64,000 bases of DNA, from the NCBI GenBank assembly GCA_029975475.1, contig JARKPB010000003.1:258067-322066 (forward strand). The letters run 5' to 3'. The notes under the pieces are model-generated. The model saw only the letters and a list, made by a program, of their open reading frames with translations, had not been told where the DNA came from and searched no databases. Numbering within the stretch: the stretch's first letter is position 1; every line of letters begins with the position of its first letter. This DNA comes from Anaerolineaceae bacterium. GTDB lineage: Bacteria > Chloroflexota > Anaerolineae > Anaerolineales > Anaerolineaceae. The translations under genes were made by a program, and so were the position numbers. Below are positions 8,641 through 19,600 of this stretch, one piece after another.

Positions 8641-11600
8641 ATGACATTTGCACACCTTCACGTCCATACTGAATACTCGCTCCTGGATGGGTTCAGCAAC
8701 ATTAAGAAGTTGATGAAGCGCGTTCAGGAGTTAAACATGCCAGCGGTAGCCATCACCGATCACGGCACAATGTTCGGCGTGGTGGAATTTTTTAACGCCG
8801 CCCGCGCTGCCGGGATCAAGCCCATTATCGGGCTGGAAGCCTACCTGGCTCCGCGCGGTATGACGGACCGCGATCCGCAGCTGGATAAGCACGCCAGCCA
8901 CCTTTTATTGCTGGCTGAAAACCAGACCGGCTATCAAAATCTCTTAAAAATCGCTTCGGCGGCGCAGCTGGACGGTTTTTATTACACCCCGCGAATCGAC
9001 CGGGAATTCCTCGCCAGCCACGCGGAGGGCTTGATCGCCACTTCGGGCTGCATGGCCGCTGAAATTCCCCGAACCATTCAGCAAAAAGGTCTTGAAGCGG
9101 CGCGCCAGAAGCTGGACTGGTACTACGATGTTTTCGGCCCGGACCGGTTCTTTCTGGAGCTGCAGGAGCACGATATACCGGAGCTGACCCAGATTAACAA
9201 AGCGCTGATGGAAATGGGGCCGCGCTATCAGGCGCGCTATATTGCTACCAACGACACCCATTACATCATGCCGGAAGACGCGCGCTATCAGGATGTGCTG
9301 CTGGCCATTCAAACCGGCGCTTTGTTAACCGACACGAACCGTTTCCGCATGTCTGGAAACAGCTACTATCTGCGCACACCGGAAGAAATGGCGGCGCTGT
9401 TTGCCGAAGTGCCTGAAGCGATCAGCAACACCCTGCTGATTGCCGAGCGTTGTAATGTTGACCTGACTCCGCAAGGCTATCACCTGCCGCTCTTTGAAGT
9501 TCCGGAGGGCTACACACCGGAAACTTATCTGCGCAGTCTGTGTGAAGCCGGGCTGGAGCGCTGTTACGGCGAGCGCGCCAACAGTCCGGAAATCCGCCAG
9601 CGGCTGGATTATGAGCTGGGCGTCATCCACCAGATGGGATTTGACGCGTATTTTCTCATCGTCTGGGATCTGTGCCGCTACGCGCAGGAGAACAATATCT
9701 GGTATAACGCGCGCGGTTCGGCGGCGGGTTCGATGGTCGCTTACACCCTCAACATTACCCTGGTTGAGCCGCTGGAACACGGCCTGATCTTTGAGCGCTT
9801 CCTGAACCCGGCGCGCGTCTCCATGCCGGATATTGACCTGGATTTTCAAGACGACAAACGCGCGCAAATGATGGAATACTGCGCCCGACGTTACGGTGAT
9901 GACCGGGTCGCCCAGATTATCACCTTCGGCACCATGGGCGCTCGCGGCGCAATCCGCGATGTCGGCCGGGTGATGGATATCCCGCTTTCCGAAGTCGACC
10001 GCGTAACCAAGTTAATCCCCAACACACAGGGAAAAAATTTCACCATCCCGGAAGCGCTGGAACAAATCCCGGATCTGCAGCGGGTTTACGAAGAAACCGG
10101 GTACATTCGCGAACTGATTGATACCGCGAAAAATATGGAAGGCGCGGTGCGCAACGCCGGCACTCACGCCGCCGGGGTCATCATCACCGATAAGCCGATC
10201 ATCGAATACGCTCCCCTTCACCGGCCGACCAGCGGATCGGAAGAAAACCCGATAAAGACCGTGGTTCAATTTGAAATGTCCATTGTAGATGCCCTGGGGC
10301 TGCTCAAGGTGGACTTTCTCGGCCTGGCCACGCTGACCATCATGCAGCGCGCCTGCGAATTGATCCGGAACCGGACCGGTAAAGAATATCACCTGCGCAA
10401 CATCCCCGTGGATGATCCCGAAACCTTCGAATTCATCAGCCGCGGACACACAGCCGGCGTCTTCCAACTGGAAGGCACGGGGATGACCCGTTACATCACC
10501 CAGATGAAACCGAAAAACCTGGCGCACATTATCGCCATGGTCGCCCTGTACCGTCCCGGCCCGCTGGAATTTATCCCCCAGTACATCCGCCGCATGCACA
10601 ATGAAGAAACGGTGGAATACCGCCATCCGGCGCTTGAATCGATCTTCAAGGAAACCTACGGGATCGCCATCTACCAGGAACAGTTAATGTTCGCGGCCAT
10701 GCAGCTTGCCGGCTATTCGGCTTCTGAAGCCGACGATTTGCGCAAAGCCGTCGCCAAGAAAAAAGCCGATTCGTTGATGAAGCACCGCGAAAAGTTCATT
10801 CATGGCGCCTCAAAGAACGGCATACCGGCTGAAACCGCCGGAGAGATCTTCACCGACTGGGAGAATTTCGCCCGTTACGGCTTCAATAAAAGCCACGCGG
10901 CTGATTACGGCATTATCGCCGTTCAAACCGCCTACCTCAAAGCGCATTACCCCACCGAATACATGACCGCCCTGCTCAGCGCGACCAAGAACGAGACCGA
11001 AAAAATCGCGTTCTACGTCGCTGACGCGCGTTCGATGGGAGTGGATGTGCTCCCGCCGGATATCAACACCAGCACCTGGGATTTCAGCATCGAAGATCGT
11101 CCGAATCAGAAACCGGCCATTCGGTTTGGCCTTGGCGCGATCAAAAATGTTGGCCAGGGACCGGTGGAATTGATCCTGCAGGCTCGCAAGGACGGACCTT
11201 TCGTTGACCTGAACGACTTTGCCCGGCGGGTGGATCTGCGCGTGGTGGGCAAGCGCGCTCTGGAGAGTCTGATCCGCGTCGGCGCGCTGGATTCCTTCGG
11301 GAACCGCCGCGCCCTGCTGGAAGCCCTCGACCGCATCATCGCGGTCAGCTCAAGCCATTTCCGCGCTTTGAACAGCGGACAGATGAGCTTCTTTGGTACA
11401 GTCGCAGGCGTAGAAGAAGAGATCGTCCTGCCCAGCGTGTCTTCCCTTGACCAACGCGAATTGCTGGAATGGGAGCGCGACCTAATCGGGTTATACGTGT
11501 CGGATCACCCGCTCACGCCCTACCTGCCCGCCCTGCAGCGCAAGGTCAGCCATTTTTCCGGCCAGCTGGCAGAAGCAGCCCCCAGGCAAAAAGTCGTGGT

Positions 11601-12531
11601 GGCCGGCATGATCGCCAGCTATCGCAACATTACCACAAAGAACGGAAACTCGATGGGGGTTGTTATAATCGAAGACATCCAGGGCAAGATCGAGGTGGTT
11701 TGCTTTCCGCGCACCTGGAAAGAATACAGCGCCCTGATCCAGCGCGATCGGGTTATCGGCGTGGAAGGCAAAGTGGATAATGATTCCAGCGAGGCGAAGG
11801 TGCTGGCTGACCGCATCTGGCTGGAAACCCTGTCCGAAACCGGCCCGGAGGACGCGCAACCGGCGGACAACTTAATGGCTGAATGGTCTGATGAGGTTGA
11901 GACAGCGTTGGAAAACGACTTTTCCCCCGCGGAAATCCGCGATCAGCAGCCGATGGCATACAGCGCGGACATGCCGCCCGAACCGCCCGACTGGCACTTG
12001 ATACCCCAGCCGCTGGAAAGCGCGCCAGCGGAAAACCGCGCTGGCGAACCCCGGGTTCTTCCGGCAGCGGGTAACCCCCCGGCTGACAGCCCTGCGGTTG
12101 AACCCCCGGTTTCCATGCCAGAACAGCCCGCTGCTCCGGCCGCGGAGAACAAACCGGCGGGACAGGTCCTCCCGGCTGTCGGGGGAGAGGTCTCCAGAGA
12201 GCACAGCGGTTTTATCCCCATCGGCTTTCTTGTCTCGCCGACCATCAGCCCGATCAGCAGCAAACCGGAAGACGGACCGCGCATGTTGACGATTATCCTG
12301 CGCGCCAGCGGCGAAGCCGAGCGCGATGCGCGCCGCATCCGCCGGATCTGCCTGATGCTGCGCTCCAGCCCCGGCAAGGACCGCTTTTCCTTCCTGGTGT
12401 TTGAAAACGGCCACCGCTACCTGGTGGAATTTCCAAATGACACGATTGGTCTGACGCCAGATGTGCTCCGAAAATTGATCGAAATGGTCGGCGAAGAGAA
12501 CATCCGCGTCGAAACCATTCAATTCCAGTAA
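8641..12531 (+). CDS. dnaE: DNA polymerase III alpha subunit DnaE with a long Pro-rich linker before the C-terminal tail domain
   Basis: PHP domain FAHLHVHTEYSLLDGF. Polymerase core motifs GVFQLEG, YRPGP and FNKSHAADY. OB fold at VVVAGMIASYRNITTKNGNSMGVVIIED. Confidence 0.95.
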   Translation: MTFAHLHVHTEYSLLDGFSNIKKLMKRVQELNMPAVAITDHGTMFGVVEFFNAARAAGIKPIIGLEAYLAPRGMTDRDPQLDKHASHLLLLAENQTGYQNLLKIASAAQLDGFYYTPRIDREFLASHAEGLIATSGCMAAEIPRTIQQKGLEAARQKLDWYYDVFGPDRFFLELQEHDIPELTQINKALMEMGPRYQARYIATNDTHYIMPEDARYQDVLLAIQTGALLTDTNRFRMSGNSYYLRTPEEMAALFAEVPEAISNTLLIAERCNVDLTPQGYHLPLFEVPEGYTPETYLRSLCEAGLERCYGERANSPEIRQRLDYELGVIHQMGFDAYFLIVWDLCRYAQENNIWYNARGSAAGSMVAYTLNITLVEPLEHGLIFERFLNPARVSMPDIDLDFQDDKRAQMMEYCARRYGDDRVAQIITFGTMGARGAIRDVGRVMDIPLSEVDRVTKLIPNTQGKNFTIPEALEQIPDLQRVYEETGYIRELIDTAKNMEGAVRNAGTHAAGVIITDKPIIEYAPLHRPTSGSEENPIKTVVQFEMSIVDALGLLKVDFLGLATLTIMQRACELIRNRTGKEYHLRNIPVDDPETFEFISRGHTAGVFQLEGTGMTRYITQMKPKNLAHIIAMVALYRPGPLEFIPQYIRRMHNEETVEYRHPALESIFKETYGIAIYQEQLMFAAMQLAGYSASEADDLRKAVAKKKADSLMKHREKFIHGASKNGIPAETAGEIFTDWENFARYGFNKSHAADYGIIAVQTAYLKAHYPTEYMTALLSATKNETEKIAFYVADARSMGVDVLPPDINTSTWDFSIEDRPNQKPAIRFGLGAIKNVGQGPVELILQARKDGPFVDLNDFARRVDLRVVGKRALESLIRVGALDSFGNRRALLEALDRIIAVSSSHFRALNSGQMSFFGTVAGVEEEIVLPSVSSLDQRELLEWERDLIGLYVSDHPLTPYLPALQRKVSHFSGQLAEAAPRQKVVVAGMIASYRNITTKNGNSMGVVIIEDIQGKIEVVCFPRTWKEYSALIQRDRVIGVEGKVDNDSSEAKVLADRIWLETLSETGPEDAQPADNLMAEWSDEVETALENDFSPAEIRDQQPMAYSADMPPEPPDWHLIPQPLESAPAENRAGEPRVLPAAGNPPADSPAVEPPVSMPEQPAAPAAENKPAGQVLPAVGGEVSREHSGFIPIGFLVSPTISPISSKPEDGPRMLTIILRASGEAERDARRIRRICLMLRSSPGKDRFSFLVFENGHRYLVEFPNDTIGLTPDVLRKLIEMVGEENIRVETIQFQ

Positions 12532-12545
12532 TGCAGGGATGACTT

Positions 12546-13532
12546 ATGGACAACTTGATACGAAAATACAACACCATCGGGGTGCTCACCTCGGGTGGAG
12601 ATGCCCCTGGCATGAACCCGTGTATCCGCGCGGTTGTGCGCACTGCCCTGAACCACGGCATAAAAGTGCTGGGGGTGGAAGAAGGCCTGGAAGGTTTGAT
12701 CCACGGCCAGTTCCGGCCCATGGGCGCCCGCGATGTGGGCGGAATCCTGCAGCGCGGCGGCACCATCCTGCAAACTGCGCGCAGCAAGGAGTTTCAGACG
12801 CCGCGCGGCCAGCGCGAAGCCATCCGGCAAATGAGCAATGCCGGGATGGACGGCCTGATTATCATCGGCGGAGACGGTTCGCTGCATGCCGCCCAGGCGC
12901 TTTCCGAGCAGGGTGTGGATGTGGTCGGCATCCCCGGCAGCATTGACAACGATATTTACGGCACCGATATGTGCATCGGGGTGGACACCGCGCTTAACAC
13001 CATCGTAGACGCGATTGACAAACTGCGCGACACCGCCTCCAGCCATAACCGCGCTTTCCTGGTCGAAACCATGGGCCGTCATTCCGGTTACCTGGCTGTC
13101 CAGGCGGGGATCGTTACCGGCGCGGAGATGGTCCTGATCCCGGAGGTATCCACATCGGCTGATCAGGTCGCCCGCGCGATTGAAGACGCCTATCGGCGCG
13201 GAAAAACCCATGCGATTGTGGTCGTGGCAGAAGGCGCGCAGCCCAACGCGCAGGAACTGGGCCGTTTGATTGACGCTCAGGATCTGGGGTTCACCGCCCG
13301 GGTGACGATTCTGGGGCATATCCAGCGCGGCGGCAAACCCTCTGCCTTTGACCGCCTGCTGGCCACGCGTTTTGGCGTGCGCGCGGTGGAATTCCTCTTG
13401 CAGGGGAAAGCGGGGACGATGACCGGGCTGCGCGGGCGAGAGATCGAGCCCGTTCCGTTGACGGAAGTCATCAATCAACAGCGTGCGCCAGCCAGAGAAT
13501 ATATTGAAATGGCAGCCATGCTGGCCAGATAA
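12546..13532 (+). CDS. pfkA: ATP-dependent 6-phosphofructokinase
   Basis: IGVLTSGGDAPGMNPCIRAVV, IIIGGDGS, GIPGSIDNDI, VETMGRHSGYLA and LGHIQRGG motifs. Confidence 0.93.
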   Translation: MDNLIRKYNTIGVLTSGGDAPGMNPCIRAVVRTALNHGIKVLGVEEGLEGLIHGQFRPMGARDVGGILQRGGTILQTARSKEFQTPRGQREAIRQMSNAGMDGLIIIGGDGSLHAAQALSEQGVDVVGIPGSIDNDIYGTDMCIGVDTALNTIVDAIDKLRDTASSHNRAFLVETMGRHSGYLAVQAGIVTGAEMVLIPEVSTSADQVARAIEDAYRRGKTHAIVVVAEGAQPNAQELGRLIDAQDLGFTARVTILGHIQRGGKPSAFDRLLATRFGVRAVEFLLQGKAGTMTGLRGREIEPVPLTEVINQQRAPAREYIEMAAMLAR

Positions 13533-13616
13533 GCGCAACAAAATTGCAACTTTTCCCCCCTTGCGTGGGGTTTTCGTATCCATAAATAAATGTAAAATTA
13601 AAAATAGGACGATTAC

Positions 13617-13657
13617 AACCTGCCAAAATTTGTTTTTTTCTGGCAGGTTCATTTTTA
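13617..13657 (+). terminator. Hairpin plus T-run in the AT-rich spacer between pfkA and the giant ORF
   Basis: 9-bp stem AACCTGCCA / TGGCAGGTT with a 15-nt T-rich loop, followed by CATTTTT. Confidence 0.45.
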
Positions 13658-13696
13658 ATTTGCATCGATATCCCCGCTGATAGAAGGATGCCGTCA

Positions 13697-16600
13697 ATGA
13701 ATCAATTCTCCCCCAAAAAACTGAGAGACTTCATCCAAAAAGTACGCTTCGTTCGTATTCTTAGTCGGAGTACCCTGCTGCTGGCGGTGCTGCTGGCGGC
13801 GGTTGGTCAGCCGCTTCGCCAGGCTGAAGCCGCACCGCTGCAGGCAGCGGTCGCTTCCGTCAGCCTGCCGGGCGGCACGGCAGAAATCTTAATGGGCGAG
13901 AATTTTACTTTCGACGCTGTGTTTCAAAACCCCAGCACGGAAGTAGGGTACGGCCCTTTCATTGACCTCATCTTTCCTGTTACTGGAAAAGACGGCGCTG
14001 GCGCTGAAATTGACGACGGCATCGACTTCCTTTCCGCCACCTACCTGGGGGTTAACCTGACCCGCGTTGTTCAAACTTTCCCGGATGACGGGATTGGCTG
14101 CGTCCCGCACCCATACGCGCGCGACGCCAGCAATTTGCCCGTCCAGGTCTGCGGAACACCGGGCGACAAGCTGGTTACCCTTCAGCTGCCGTTTGGTTCG
14201 CTGGTGCCGTCCCAACCCGATCTGGTCGCGAGCATCACGGCCAAACTTTCCCCGCTGGCGGACGTCGGAGCGGGCAACGAGTTGCTCATCCGCGCCCGCG
14301 GGGGCTACCAGTTTGGCAATGACGAACTGGATAACCCCGCCAGCGACCCGAGCATCCTCGGCAGCTGGGACGAATGGTATATCCGGCCGACATTATTGCG
14401 GTTAACCAAATCCTACATCGGCCCCGAAGATGAAACCGCCACCGGACCAAACTACCCGCGCCAATACCGGATCACGGTTGACATCGCCGACACACAGACC
14501 CTCACCGATCTTGACCTGACTGACGTACTGCCCATCAACATGCAGTACGTCAGAGTGGTCAGCACAACCATCCGCGGCACGCCAACCGCGACCAGCGCCG
14601 TTTCCACCCCGAGCACGTCTTCACCGGGCGGCACGCTCACCCGCCGTTTTGCCTCCGTTACCGGAACGACCGCGGCCAACGACGCCGAAATGGTCTTCGA
14701 ATTTTATATCCCCCTGCGTGACCTGAATAACGCTTACGTGCTGCCGCCCGCGAACGGGGATGACCGCCCTTCGGAAGACGACGCCAAAGCCAGCGGAACC
14801 TGGGACCCCACCGATCCGCGCGATGATCCCGTCCCGCCTGATCCTTTCCCGATCGTGGTGACGGACGCGCGCCCGGTTGATCACACCCTGTGGGATAAAT
14901 CCATCGCCATCCAAAAAACGGTCGCCACCGTTCCATACGGCGGCCAACCCCAGCCGGGCAAGGTCCTGGAATACACGCTCAACATCCAGATTTCTGATTA
15001 CTTCGCCTTTGATAACCTGATCATTACCGATATTATTTCTGACGGACAGCTGTGGGATGCCACGTTTGCTCCTTCCCTGTCTGTCACCGGGAACAATTTT
15101 AACCTGAGCGAGGCTGATTTCAACCGCGCGAACTACAGCGATCCGATCGCCCCCAGCGGGGATGGAACCACCCAGGTCACCTTTAATCTCTCGGCGGAAT
15201 TGCTCTCCCGCGGGGAGCCGACCGGCCGGCTGGTCGGCGGTTGTATTCCAATGTCAGATACCCGTCAGACCGGCGGCACGGGCGGCGGGGACCCGAACTG
15301 CGCCGCCTACAACACAGGCAACACAGTCGCAACGGTAAAATTCCGCACTGTGATCCAAAACGAATTCCTCGCCGATACCAGTCCGAATTCCCAGTCCGTC
15401 GATCAGGGAGATGTCCTCGATAACCGCGTGACCATTAGCGGGCGGGTGTTGAATGTCAGCAATCTGAGCCCCTACGTTCCAAACGCGTTTGAGGATGACG
15501 ACAGCAGCGCGGGTGTCCAGATCCGGCGCGGCGCCCTGGTCAAGACCATTTACGCCAAGAACGGCGTGGCTTGCGACCCGCAGCCCTGCACCAATGTTCA
15601 GGCTGCCCCGGGTGAAACCATTACCTACCGCTTTACCTACGCCCTGCCCACCAGCGACGTGGAGGACATGCGCTTTACCGATTTTCTGCCCCTGCCCATC
15701 TTCCGCTCGGCTGAAGTCACCACCTTTGACGATGTGGTCAGTTCCGCGCCGCCAGCGGCCGGCCACGCTAAGTTTGGCCCGACCGACACCTTCCGGGCAA
15801 AATCCTCAATCGTCCCGACCATTACCACCAGCGTTCCTCAGAACAGCATCACTTTCAATTACGGTGATTATGACAACAGCATTCCGCCCACTCCAGAAAC
15901 GGTGGATATCCTTTTCACGGTTACCACGCGCAATGATCCTTTCGCGGACGGGCTCTTCCTGACCAATCAGGTACAGGCTTTTGAAGGCTCAACCAACGCT
16001 TCCAGCCAGACCGCCAACAGCATCGTCCAGATCCAGATCGCCGAGCCGAATGTCATGATCCGTAAAGGTGTGGTCTGGAGCGATAACGCGTCAGCCGTGT
16101 TCAGCCCGAACCCGCCTTACCCGCCCGCGGTAAGTTTCAGCGGCAGCGGCTGTTCGCGCTTTAGCGGGACGATCAACTCGCTCCTGCTGCAAAATTCCAG
16201 CGTATTTATCAGCGATATCTCCGGGCTGGACGGCGGCGACCGGGCCACCTATGCGATCATCATTGAGAATCAGGGGTCAAGCTTCCGCGGCGCGTACGAT
16301 GTTACCGTGAAAGACCTCCTCCCGCCGAATACCACCTATGTGCCCGGCAGCCTGTGCGTTACTGACGGCACTGGCACAGCCTTACCCTACACCGCGCTGA
16401 GCGGCGGCCTGACCGGTGATGGTATCCAGATTGATGATCCCAGCCTTGACCAGGGCGGCCTGAGCGCCTATTCGGAGACCAGCGGTAAGAACATAGCGGT
16501 CATCACCTTCGACGTCACCCTTAACAGCAGTTTTCCGGCTGACTCCAGCGCCACAAACACCGCCACACTGACGCGCTTCGCTTCCACGGAAGGAGGCCCG

Positions 16601-19600
16601 AACTTTATCCCGGGCGGAAAGAGCGATCAGGCTGATCTCAGCACCATTCCGCCCCAGGTCCGCAAAGACCTGGACAGCACCAGCCTGGAGAATGCCAGCA
16701 ATACCCGCGAGCAGGCTGCCATTGGCGAACTGGCGACTTACTCCGTTCAAATCACGGTCCCGGAAGGCACGACCCTGAATACGCGCCTGCGCGATATCCT
16801 GCCGGCCGGGATGGTCTTTGTCAGGTGTCTGAGTATCAGCGCGCCCGGCGGGGTGAGCACCAACCTGCCCGGTGGGTTTGCTTCTGCCTGCCCGGTCGTG
16901 CCCCAGGATCCGGCGGTCAACCCGACCGTCAGCGCGGACGGGCAGACCGTTGAATTCTCCCTGGGTGATCTGACCAACACCAACAACACGCCGGAACCAG
17001 AAGTCCTCACCCTGACCTACCAGGCGGTTGTGAGGAATATCAGTTCCAACAATGAAGGCACCACGCTGACCAATAACGCCACCCTTTTCTGGGATTCTGG
17101 CAGCGCTTCGGACGCGGGCGACACGCTCACGATCGTAGAACCGCTGGTCATCATCACGAAAAGCGCCTCGCCCACATCCGGAGACGGCGGCGATACGATT
17201 ACCTTCACGGTTGAACTCACCGCTGTCAGCGGGGCGAACCGCACCGACGCCTACAACGTGGTCTTTGCGGATTTGATCCCGGCGGGAATGAGTTACGTCA
17301 ACAACTCGCTGGCTTTCGTCCCCGGCGGCGGACGCATTGCCCCGACAACCATCAACGGCGCAAGCGGGCCGAGTATCTCCGCTGCCTGGGACAAACTGGC
17401 TCCCGGGCAAACCTCACGCCTGACCTTTGACGCTACTCTGACCTACGCGGTTACGCCAACTCAGGCGATCACCAACACCGGGCTGGTGACCTACACCAGC
17501 CTGCCCGGGTCGCAGCCGGGTCCGCTCAGTATTTACGGCAGCCACGTCTGCGAACGCACCGGCGACAACACGCAGCTGTGCGGCGGATCGGCCAATGATT
17601 ATTACGCCGCTGACCCGGAAACGGTTTCGGTTTTCAATGCTCAGATAAATAAAACGCTCAAAGAGACATCCGAAGCCCATACTGGCGGCGAAAACGTGGT
17701 GATTGGCGAGGTGGCAACCTACGAAGTTAAGATTACCGTTCCTGAAGGCTCGCTCCCTGCCGCTCAGTTAAGGGATATCCTGCCCTCCGGCATGGCTTTT
17801 GTCAAATGCGTCGGGCTGGATGTTCCGGCTGGCGTGACCACCGACCTGCCTGGCGGTTTTCCGGCGGCCTGCCCGCTTATCCCAGAAAATCCGGCCGTGA
17901 ACCCCACAGTCAGCGCGGATGCGCGCACCATCACCTTCAACTTTGGGAACATCAGCAACAGCAACAATTCCGCCGAGGCAGAAGTCATCACGCTGACCTA
18001 TCAGGCGATTGTGACCAACATCAGCACCAACGATGCCGGCGATACCCTGACCAATACCGCGCGCTTTAGCTGGACAGGCGGCAGCGTCAGCACCAGCGGC
18101 CCGACTCTAACCATTCTGGAACCGCGCATTGACGTCCAGAAAGCCGTAGCGGTTGGCGGGGCGGGCGGTGCGGCGGGCGACCCGGTTACCTACACGGTCA
18201 CCCTGCGCCACCCCACCCCGATGATCCCCGGTGATATTGACGCTTTTGACCTGGAGCTGAATGATCCGCTGCCGGTCTCGCCGATTACCGGCAACTCGCT
18301 GATTGAATTCAGCGGTTCGCCCACCATCACGGTGGTTGATTCTGGCGGTTCGGTGGACAGCAGCTACTTCGAAATGGTGGGCAGCAACGCGACCGGCTGG
18401 ACCCTGCGGACCAGGGCGGGCAGCGAAATTGACTTCCCTTACAGCCCGATTCGCACCATCACCATCTCCGTAACCGGCACCCTTTCCTACCAGGCACCGC
18501 TCGGCAGCGCGGTCTCCAATACCGCCACCGGCCGCTGGACCAGCATCAACGGCAGCCTGCCGGATCTCTCGGTGTATACCAGCGATGACACCGAACGCAA
18601 TGGATCACAAAGCCCGGCGCACAACGATTATATGGACACCGGCAGCGTAAGCTTCAACGTGCTCAACCCCGGAGTCAGCAAGGTCATCACCGACACCAAC
18701 CAGAGTTTTACCAGCGGCAGCAACGTCGCCATTGGCGAAATCATCACATACCGCGTCACCTACGCTGTGCCGCAGGGCACGGCTTACGAGTTCCGCTCGG
18801 TGGACACGCTGGATAACGGCCTGGCTTTTGTCGACTGCGTCAGCGTCAGCAACCCGGACGGCCGCCTGACCGCGTCCAACGGCTTCAGCTGCGCCAACGC
18901 GACCTACAACGACGCCACCCGCACCATGACCGTGGATTTCGGCAACCTGACCAACAACGATACCGACCCGCTCACCACCGAGCAGATCGTGCTGGATTAC
19001 ACTGTTGTGGTGCTTAACAACAGCGTTACCAACCGCGGCAGCGCGTTCAACAACGCGGTCACCCTCTCCTGGCGCGAAGCGCCGGTCACCGGCACCCTGC
19101 GCTCGGTCAGCGGCAGCGCCCCGGATGTAACCGTGGTGGAGCCGACCATCACCATCTCAAAAACCCGCACCCCCACAACCGGGGACGCCGGCAACACCAT
19201 CACTTTTACAATCGATCTGACCGCATCGAACACCGCCAATACCACTGACGCTTACAACGTGGTCTTCAGCGATGCCATCCCCACCGGCATGACTTATGTG
19301 AATGGTTCGCTGGCTTTTGTGTCCGGCAGCGGACGCATTGCGCCGACTACCATAAACGGCGCTACCGGTCCCAACATCTCCGCCAGCTGGGACGTGCTAT
19401 CCCCCGGCCAGACCTCGCGGCTGACCTTCCAGGTCACCCTGGACAGCAACGTCTTCCCCACCCAGTCCATCACCAATACCGGCGTGGTCACCTACACCAG
19501 CCTGCCCGGCACGGTCGCCGGACCCCTGACTACCCACAGCACAGATGGCTGCGAACGCACGGGTGACAACACCCAGCCCTGCGGCGGGGCGAACAACGAT

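Noticed and set aside
11860-12531. The DnaE C-terminal extension (~220 aa beyond the OB fold), considered as a fused extra gene, an intein or a frameshift artefact.
   Set aside because: There are no intein splice motifs, stop codons or frame change. It reads as a Pro/Ala/Glu-rich disordered linker (about 11940-12250) followed by a compact ~85-aa tail (LTIILRASGEAERDARRIRRI...IRVETIQFQ). To my recollection that tail resembles the usual DnaE1 C-terminal tail. Only the linker length is unusual.
12519-13697. A 392-aa ORF antisense to pfkA. Similar long shadow ORFs: 49542-51470 (+, 642 aa), 19877-21124 (-, 415 aa), 16382-17410 (-, 342 aa), 7261-8073 and 7685-8440 (-), 33833-34639 (+), 30642-31496 (-), and 28070-28660 (-).
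   Set aside because: Each lies fully opposite or out of frame with a gene that has clear family motifs. Their translations are Arg/Gly/Ala/Pro-rich low-complexity strings, typical of open antisense frames in high-GC DNA. None shows a recognisable motif or an RBS.
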